Source: Edaphobacter aggregans
GTDB taxonomy: Bacteria > Acidobacteriota > Terriglobia > Terriglobales > Acidobacteriaceae
NCBI RefSeq assembly: GCF_003945235.1
Contig: NZ_RSDW01000001.1
Coordinates: 5,670,001 to 5,702,000, forward strand
Length of the DNA stretch: 32,000 nt
Direction of reading: 5' to 3'
The notes under the pieces are model-generated. The model worked only from the letters and a program-made list of their open reading frames with translations. It searched no databases and was not told the DNA's origin. Shown in pieces: positions 26,461 through 32,000 of the stretch. How positions within the stretch are numbered: position 1 is the stretch's first letter; each line of letters starts with the position of its first letter. The translations under genes and the position numbers were made by a program.

Positions 26461-26982
26461 GCTAGCGCGGAAAAGACGCCTGCGGCTTGGAAGCGCTGAC
26501 GCGCTCCCACTTTACCGCGCTACGGCGGCAGCTTGAAATTACCCACCGAAGTCTGCATGAGAACGGCAAGGATGAAAGAACAGTCACAACGGCGTGCCTG
26601 GAAACCTGCTGGACGAATTGGTTGATGACGACGACCGACTAATAAGGACAGATACGCGCGCAACTCATCCTGGCCAGGAGCGCAGTGCTCCACCAAAGGC
26701 CGAATACATTTGCGCAGACTTGTCTTCTCGCCCTCAGCTTTTTCCGTGCAGTCGGACGGCGGACCATACATATTCGGCAACTTGCCGAAGCAACAGGTCG
26801 ATCGGAACAAGCTCAAAGAGCGCGTTGCCCTGATATCACCAACCGAGGCAAATGACCGAGGTTTCCCTCATTCAGCGATCCCGACCACAACCCACCTGAT
26901 CACCCGTCGCATGATTCCGCGCCTCGCTGGGTGTGTCATACAACTAGCCCTAACGTCCACCTCAATTTAGGGTTGCGAGTGA

Positions 26983-29745
26983 TTACTCGTGCCGCAGGGC
27001 CTGCATTGGATCGATGCGGGAGGCCCGGCGGGCCGGACCATAGCCTGCAGCGATGACGACGGCGAGTAAGAGCAGAGCGGCAGGAATGAATGTGACAGGA
27101 TCTGTAGGTCGGAGTCCGTAGAGCATGGTGCGGATGAAGCGGGTGAGGCCGAAGGAGGCGGCGAGACCGATGGCAACGCCAAAGACCGCGAGCGAAGAGC
27201 TTTCACGAAGAACCATCCACAAGACTTGTCGGGTACGAGCACCGAGGGCCATGCGGACGCCGATCTCGCTGGTGCGGCGCGCCACATTGTAGGCCATGAT
27301 GCCGTAGATGCCGATGCAGGCGAGGATGAGAGCGAGGACACCGAACCCAGCGGTGAGGGTGGCGAAGAGGCGCTGCTGCGAGATGCTGTCTTCGATCTGT
27401 TCCGTCTGGGTGCGAATGTCGCGGAGGGGGAGATCCTTATCGATGGATTCGACGGCCTTCCGGAGAGCGGGGAGGATGGCGGCGGGAGAGAGTTGAGTCT
27501 TGATTGTGTAGGTGATGAACTGCTCTCCTTTGGCCTGGCGGTAGAGGGTGTAGAAGGTAGAGGGCGGGTTTCCCTGGAGCCGATCGTATTTGGCGTCGGC
27601 AGCGACGCCGATGATCTGGTAGATAGTCTCAGGATCACCCTGGTTCCGTTCCGTGATGAAGGTTTTACCGACAGGATCGACATTCGGGTAGACGCTGTGG
27701 GCGAGACTCTGGTTGATGACTGCGACGAGCGGGGAGCTCGCGGTGTCGGTTGGGCCGAAGCTTCGGCCATAGAGGATAGGGATGCGGTAGGTCTCGAAGA
27801 AGTTGCGGCCGACGGTGTTGACGTCACAATACCGATTGTCGCCTGTAGGTTTGGGCTGATCCGTGGGTTCAAAGGTGGTGTTGGAGATATTGTGGGCGAG
27901 CAGGGGGTTCTCGACGAGCGCGACATCCTCAACTCCGGGAACTTCCGCAAGGCGGTCTTCGATGCGTTGGTGGAGGGTGATGTTCTGTGGCGCGGGGTAG
28001 CGGGTGGGCGGGGCCTGAATGTTGAAGAGCAGGAGGTTGTGGGGGTCGAAGCCGAGGCTGGTGGTGTTGAGATTGATCAGCGTGCGCGCGAAGAGGCCGG
28101 CGCCGACGACGAGGAGCATGGAGAGCGCGACCTGGAAGACGACGATGGATTTGCCGGCGAGTCCCTTGCGGCGGCGGGTGGCGGCAGAGGCGGCGTCCTT
28201 GAGCGCAGTGTTGACGTCGGTGCGAGTAGCTTGCCATGCGGGAGCGAGGCCGAAGAGGATGCCGGTGAGGATGGAGATAGCGGCGGTAAAGGCAAAGATG
28301 CGAAGGTCGAAACGGGCGTTGAGGGGCGCGGGGCGCCAGACGGAGGAGAGCAGGTGGGGAATGGTGTTGCGCCCGAGGTAGCCGAGGGCGAAACCCGCGA
28401 TGCCTCCGAGCGAGGAGAGGAGGAGGCTTTCGGTTAATACCTGGCGAAGGATGCGGGAGCGGCTGGCCCCGAGAGCAAGGCGAACGGACATCTCGCGCTG
28501 GCGGGCGGCGGAGCGGGCGAGCAGAAGGTTGGCGAGGTTGGCGCAGGCTAGTAGAAGAACAAAGCCCGTGAGCACGGAGAGGACATAGATCGGCGCGGCA
28601 TAATCATGGGTGGCTGCTGCAAGACCCTGGCTGCCGGATTCGACGACGAAGTCGGGCATGCTCGCGTCCTTTGGTACGACGACGGTGGCGCGGATGTCCT
28701 GTTCTAGCCAGACAGAGAAGGCTGCACGGACGGCTTCGTTGGAGATGCCGGGGCGAGCGCGTCCCATGATCGACATCCACCATTGATTGGGGTCTTGGAG
28801 GAGAGAGGCATTCTGCGCGGGCATCAGGGTGGGTTGCATGCTGAAGGGAAGGAAGACGTCGGGCGAGAGCTGGACGCTGGCGGCTCCGGTGAAGCCGGGT
28901 GGGTTGACGCCAACGATGGTAATGGGGATGAGGTTAAGCTGGATGGTTTTGCCGATGACTGAGGGAGAGCGGCCGAAGAGGCGGGCCCAGAGGCCGTCGC
29001 TGATGACTGCGACGGGGCCGGAGCCGGGCGCGTCGTCGTCGGATGGCTGGATGGCTCGGCCGAGGGCGGGTTGAACGCCAAGTTGCCGGTAGAAGTTGCC
29101 GGAGACGAGTTCGCCGGTGACGGTGCCGGCGTGACCGTCGACGGAGGCGGTGAAGCGGTTGAAGTCGCCGAGATATTTGAAGGCGAAGAGGTCTTCGAGC
29201 ACAGGCTTGGCAAGGTTTTGCCGACGCATGAGCTGGTAGACGGGGTAGGAGACGGAGTGAGTTATCGACCGGCCATCGGGGGTTTTGTAGTAGTCACCCC
29301 AGAAACGGTGGAGGGGACTGTGGTTGTCTCTGACGATGGCGAAGAGGCGAAGCTGGTTGGGCTGAGGCACGGCGAGGTGATCGAGGAGGATGCCTTTGGC
29401 GAGAGTGAAAATGATGGTGTTGGCCCCGATGCCGAGGGCGAGTGAGGCAATGGCGATGAGCGTGAAACCGGGGCTGCGGCGGAGCATGCGAACGGCGTAG
29501 CGGAGGTCAGCACTAAGCTCATCGAGGAGTCGGAGCCCAAGTGAAGAGCGGATATTCTCTTTGTGGGTTTCGATGTGGCCGAACTCGCTGCGGGCGCGGC
29601 GGAGGGCTTCGGCTGGTGTGAGACCTTCGCGTTGGAGATCTTCGGCGCGGAGTTCGATATGGTTGCGGAACTCGGCATCGATGGCGGACTCTACAGAGCC
29701 GCGATGGAGAAGGGAGTTGATATAGGAGCGAAGTTGGGACTTCAT
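26983..29745 (-). CDS. ADOP-family duplicated permease with N-terminal cytoplasmic prefix domain, PadR-coupled
   Basis: 920 aa from ATG 29745 (SD AGGAG). It has an ~70-aa helical prefix (MKSQLRSYINSLLHRGSVESAIDAEFRNHIELRAEDLQREGLTPAEALRRARSEFG). Then comes LRYAVRMLRRSPGFTLIAIASLALGIGANT, two MacB-like/FtsX modules and C-terminal IDPMQALRHE. The ORF-track extension to 30024 runs through the PadR gene. Confidence 0.93.
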   Translation of the reverse strand: MKSQLRSYINSLLHRGSVESAIDAEFRNHIELRAEDLQREGLTPAEALRRARSEFGHIETHKENIRSSLGLRLLDELSADLRYAVRMLRRSPGFTLIAIASLALGIGANTIIFTLAKGILLDHLAVPQPNQLRLFAIVRDNHSPLHRFWGDYYKTPDGRSITHSVSYPVYQLMRRQNLAKPVLEDLFAFKYLGDFNRFTASVDGHAGTVTGELVSGNFYRQLGVQPALGRAIQPSDDDAPGSGPVAVISDGLWARLFGRSPSVIGKTIQLNLIPITIVGVNPPGFTGAASVQLSPDVFLPFSMQPTLMPAQNASLLQDPNQWWMSIMGRARPGISNEAVRAAFSVWLEQDIRATVVVPKDASMPDFVVESGSQGLAAATHDYAAPIYVLSVLTGFVLLLACANLANLLLARSAARQREMSVRLALGASRSRILRQVLTESLLLSSLGGIAGFALGYLGRNTIPHLLSSVWRPAPLNARFDLRIFAFTAAISILTGILFGLAPAWQATRTDVNTALKDAASAATRRRKGLAGKSIVVFQVALSMLLVVGAGLFARTLINLNTTSLGFDPHNLLLFNIQAPPTRYPAPQNITLHQRIEDRLAEVPGVEDVALVENPLLAHNISNTTFEPTDQPKPTGDNRYCDVNTVGRNFFETYRIPILYGRSFGPTDTASSPLVAVINQSLAHSVYPNVDPVGKTFITERNQGDPETIYQIIGVAADAKYDRLQGNPPSTFYTLYRQAKGEQFITYTIKTQLSPAAILPALRKAVESIDKDLPLRDIRTQTEQIEDSISQQRLFATLTAGFGVLALILACIGIYGIMAYNVARRTSEIGVRMALGARTRQVLWMVLRESSSLAVFGVAIGLAASFGLTRFIRTMLYGLRPTDPVTFIPAALLLLAVVIAAGYGPARRASRIDPMQALRHE

Positions 29746-29758
29746 GGTTAGAACTCCT

Positions 29759-30100
29759 CTATATCTCTTCGGGGGTGGTGGTGAGGATGCCTGCGATAAG
29801 GGAGGCCATGCGGTTCCAGTTGTCGGCTTCGGTGCGAAGGCGGGCTCGGCCGGAGGCTGTGAGGCGATAGAATTTCGCCTTGCGCTTGTTGTCGGACTCT
29901 CCCCACTCGGAGGCGATGAGGCCTTGATGCTCCAGGCGGAAGAGCGCGGGGTACAGGGAGCCTTGTTGAATTGATAGCTGGTCACCGGAAATCTGCTGGA
30001 TGCGAAGGAGGACACCGTAACCATGGAGGGGACCGAGGGAGACTGCCTTCAGGATAAGCATGTCGAGGGTTCCCTGGATGAGGTTGAGCTGGTCGGCCAT
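29759..30100 (-). CDS. PadR-family transcriptional regulator
   Basis: MADQLNLIQGTLDMLILKAVSLGPLHGYGVLLRIQQISGDQLSIQQGSLYPALFRLEHQGLIASEWGESDNKRKAKFYRLTASGRARL is a canonical PadR winged helix. The stop lies 13 nt before the permease ATG. SD AGGAG is present. Confidence 0.93.
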   Translation of the reverse strand: MADQLNLIQGTLDMLILKAVSLGPLHGYGVLLRIQQISGDQLSIQQGSLYPALFRLEHQGLIASEWGESDNKRKAKFYRLTASGRARLRTEADNWNRMASLIAGILTTTPEEI

Positions 30101-30107
30101 ACCTACT

Positions 30108-30153
30108 CCTAGAGGTTCTAGGAGAGAGTAGTGAGATTCTCCTAGATTGTCAA
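30108..30153 (-). promoter_or_regulatory. Candidate PadR promoter with overlapping inverted-repeat operator
   Basis: On the minus strand: TTGACA (complement of 30148-30153), a 17-nt spacer and TACTCT (complement of 30125-30130). The perfect inverted repeat CTAGGAGA-N12-TCTCCTAG (30118-30125 / 30138-30145) spans the spacer and the -10 box. A second palindrome, CCTAGAggtTCTAGG (30108-30122), lies between the -10 box and the ATG. Confidence 0.5.
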
Positions 30154-30315
30154 GGAGAAGTCCCTGTAGCTTTCTAATTGCCAGGTCAAAATGAGGCCGG
30201 CAAATGCTGGCTTCTTCCACACAGTCGCCGAACCTCGAAGCGCTCCTGTCGTCGGGTTATGTCCGGCAACCAAAGTTACACTGCATCTAATTCTCGGTGA
30301 GTGACAAATCGCCAG

Positions 30316-30363
30316 TTCACTCATCGACAAATTGAGGACGAGTCACACGGATGATAAGTCGGC
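30316..30363. repeat. Direct repeat copy B: displaced copy of the recJ 3' end
   Basis: ttcactcatcgacaaattgaggacgagtcacacggatgataagtcggc. It keeps the recJ frame and stop (FTHRQIEDESHG* versus FTPRQMENESHG*). The flanks are unrelated to recJ. Confidence 0.85.
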
Positions 30364-30378
30364 TTTCTTTCCGGACAA

Positions 30379-30814
30379 GTGACCCTTGGCTTAATTGCTG
30401 CCAATAGGCCAACGCACTCATCGAGCACCGATCCGATAAAGATGAGCATGGGCAAGTTACCAATGTGGAGAATTCAGCCAAGCTTATTTACGCCAGATCA
30501 TGGAATGCGCAGCGGACTAACAGTCTTACTACGTGGGGTGAAGACACAGCAGCGAGTGAAGCAGATCCGACCTTCTCCAGCATCACCAGCAACACTGACA
30601 AGTACACGACGGGCGTAATCCTTGTGACCCTTGAGGAACTTGAGGACAGCTATTTGATCTGGATTCGTTCATCAAGGGTGCATTTGGCCAGCGTCTCTAT
30701 CGTGGACTCGCTAAGAACATCTCGCAGGGCTCTGGAAACTTTGCCAGCTACATCAGCGGTGCAACCTCTGCTGCTCCGACTGCAGTCACCTACACGCACC
30801 TCTCGATATCCCAG
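30379..30814 (+). pseudogene. HK97-type phage major capsid protein fragment (central part only, at least 2 frameshifts)
   Basis: Three frames give ...DPIKMSMGKLP / NVENSAKLIYARSWNAQ...TTWGEDTAASEADPTFSSITSNTDKYTTGVILVTLEELEDS / LDSFIKGAFGQRLYRGLAKNISQGSGNFASYISGATSAAPTAVTYTHL. This follows the Phage_capsid pattern (W--E...-PTF--v-l---K----v-vs-ELleDs--dl-s-i...G-G). The N- and C-terminal thirds are absent. Confidence 0.6.
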
Positions 30815-30958
30815 TAAACTAAGTCCTCTCAATGGGATAGAAGAGATTCTGTGCAACATGTTGCGGGGCTGCCGTGAAATGTTTTCCCTATAAAACGGAA
30901 CGAGCAAAACAGCACCACATCCTTTCCTCTGCATTCCCATTGGTTCGGTGATGCTCTC

Positions 30959-31431
30959 CTAGGAGTGGGAGAGAAACTTGCGACGGGCTGCACCTGCTAG
31001 GCCGACGATGCCTGTGCCGAGCAAAACGAAACAAGAAGGCTCGGGAACCGGTGTGTAGTCCACATCAATTCGGACAGAGTATGGGACGACCACTTGACCA
31101 CCGCCGGTGATATAACCAGCCCAGTTATAGCCTTGAGTATTTACCGTACCGATGATGCTACCGCCCCCAAAAATGTAAGGTCCAAAGTTCCGGTAGACAC
31201 TTCGTTGCCGTTTATTATCGGAGTAGTGGGAATACCACTTAATGGAAAGCCAGTGGGATAAACATCAAAGAAGCTTGCGACCGCAGGCTCGTTGAATGTC
31301 GGCGGTATATGCACGTCATTCGAAACATAGTCGGGTGGGGGATGCCTTCTGGGGCAATAGAGGCAGACGCAGTTCCTTCGATTGGTGTTGCAGGAAAAAT
31401 AGCTTGCGACGGAATGCCCCCAGGGCACCAA
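30959..31431 (-). pseudogene. PEP-CTERM protein gene, frameshifted
   Basis: The C-terminal frame gives ...FGPYIFGGGSIIGTVNTQGYNWAGYITGGGQVVVPYSVRIDVDYTPVPEPSCFVLLGTGIVGLAGAARRKFLSHS*, with a canonical PEP-CTERM anchor and stop at 30959-30961. The upstream part (ORF 31141..31431, ...FDVYPTGFPLSGIPTTPIINGNEVSTG) is in a different frame. Confidence 0.55.
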
Positions 31432-31537
31432 GCAGGCCAGTCCCTAACAGCGCCAGAGTGGACGGCTCTGGGGTTGCGGCTGGCGGTGGGTCAAGTACCA
31501 GACTTCCAGTTTTGAAGATCGTAAATAGTCTCGTCAC
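31400..31537 (-). pseudogene. Isolated PEP-CTERM sorting-signal remnant
   Basis: LVLDPPPAATPEPSTLALLGTGLLGALGAFRRKL (PEP at 31463-31471). Only about 20 codons precede it and the protein body is missing. The reading frame runs on for another 28 codons past the usual end. Confidence 0.5.
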
Positions 31538-31545
31538 TATCCTGA

Positions 31546-31734
31546 CTAAGGCTGGCGAGATAGTGTCAAAATATTGGTCTTCGCCAGTTGGTGACGAATG
31601 TCCAGTGCCTCCTGGTAGTCGGTCTCAGCTTCCTTTAGTCGCTGTGTCTCGCTGTAGAGAAACGCTACCTGAGTGCTGCGTCGCAACTCTTCCATGTCAC
31701 CGACAGATAACGAAGTACGTCGCTTTTTGATCAA
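31546..31734 (-). pseudogene. TPR-repeat gene fragment
   Basis: AFLYSETQRLKEAETDYQEALDIRHQLAKTN is one TPR_10/12-type unit. No credible start is present, and it abuts the truncated transposase fragment. Confidence 0.4.
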
Positions 31735-32000
31735 TCAATCTTCATTCGGGGACTTGCCGGGAGTCGAAAACACGAGTCTCATCTTGAGGTCCATCGCAAC
31801 CTGCTCCAGGTGTTTCGAAGTGAAGTCAACGCCGTTATCGGTTGTAGAGAACGTCAGGGATGCCGCAGATCTGCTAGTGCGGCTCAGCCTTTGTCCAGAT
31901 CCCCTGTCTTAGGGCGAGCTAGGTTCGAAGCGAAGAAGGTGGACGGTGGTGCTTCCATCGCTACGGCTCAAAAATATATTGCCGTTTCGTATCGTTCCGG
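31735..32000 (-). mobile_element. DDE (rve/Mu/TnsB-like) transposase catalytic-core fragment, truncated and interrupted, running off the right edge
   Basis: The minus-strand translation ...LTFSTTDNGVDFTSKHLEQVAMDLKMRLVFSTPGKSPNED* matches the ...YTDHGSDFTS-HLEQV-ADL-I-L--S-PG-P-G-GKIERFF block. It stops before the catalytic Glu region. An in-frame TAA lies about 25 codons upstream. Confidence 0.65.

Noticed and set aside
27226-28437. 403-aa + strand ORF (also 26967..27950, 327 aa on the - strand, and many ORFs of 60-140 aa) inside the second ADOP permease gene
   Set aside because: These are alternative-frame or antisense shadows of a high-GC gene. They have low-complexity Gly/Asp/Glu/Ala/Arg or Ser/Pro composition, no start context and no family resemblance, whereas the permease frame is unambiguous.
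30226-30270. Short same-strand matches between the copy-B upstream region and the copy-A downstream region (cctcgaag-gct; ttatgtcc)
   Set aside because: These are 8-10-mers in inconsistent order and spacing relative to the 48-nt repeat, and are probably chance matches.

Overview
The window looks like chromosomal DNA from an Acidobacteriota (Terriglobia-type) genome. This call rests on two ADOP-type duplicated FtsX permeases (one PadR-coupled), a 1214-aa CarboxypepD_reg-type TonB-dependent receptor, PEP-CTERM proteins, secreted TPR proteins and GH43/GH53 glycosidases. Intact genes: DUF1905/YdeI-like protein, ADOP permease, a CBM13-GH53-CBM13 galactanase-like exoprotein, an 8-TM DoxX-like membrane protein, an MscS-family channel, a small membrane protein, GH43, three TPR proteins, the TonB-dependent receptor, and the PadR + ADOP pair. 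There are no rRNA, tRNA or CRISPR features. The window carries unusually many decayed genes even though four ORFs of 820-1214 aa are intact. The decayed genes are recJ (at least 6 frameshifts, one nonsense codon, DHH changed to DYH), a class-C beta-lactamase-like C-terminal stub, an internally deleted TonB-dependent receptor, three disrupted PEP-CTERM genes, a chimeric IS3/IS110 remnant, an HK97-type capsid fragment, and TPR and rve-transposase fragments. Three observations deserve the most follow-up. (1) The last ~48 bp of recJ are duplicated 20.75 kb downstream next to the prophage remnant, which resembles attL/attR of tandem integrations. (2) A lower-GC cassette of five co-oriented small genes (24.0-25.5 kb) abuts the IS remnants; it holds two tandem CxxC...HxC mini-proteins (one missing from the ORF track), an RNA-polymerase-omega-like ORF, a 4-Cys zinc-ribbon protein and an unknown 123-aa protein. 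(3) Structured non-coding elements: mutually exclusive hairpins in the receptor leader, a 134-bp nested palindrome upstream of the MscS gene, and a 24-bp back-to-back divergent TPR promoter region. All functional calls come from reading the translations by eye; no searches were run.
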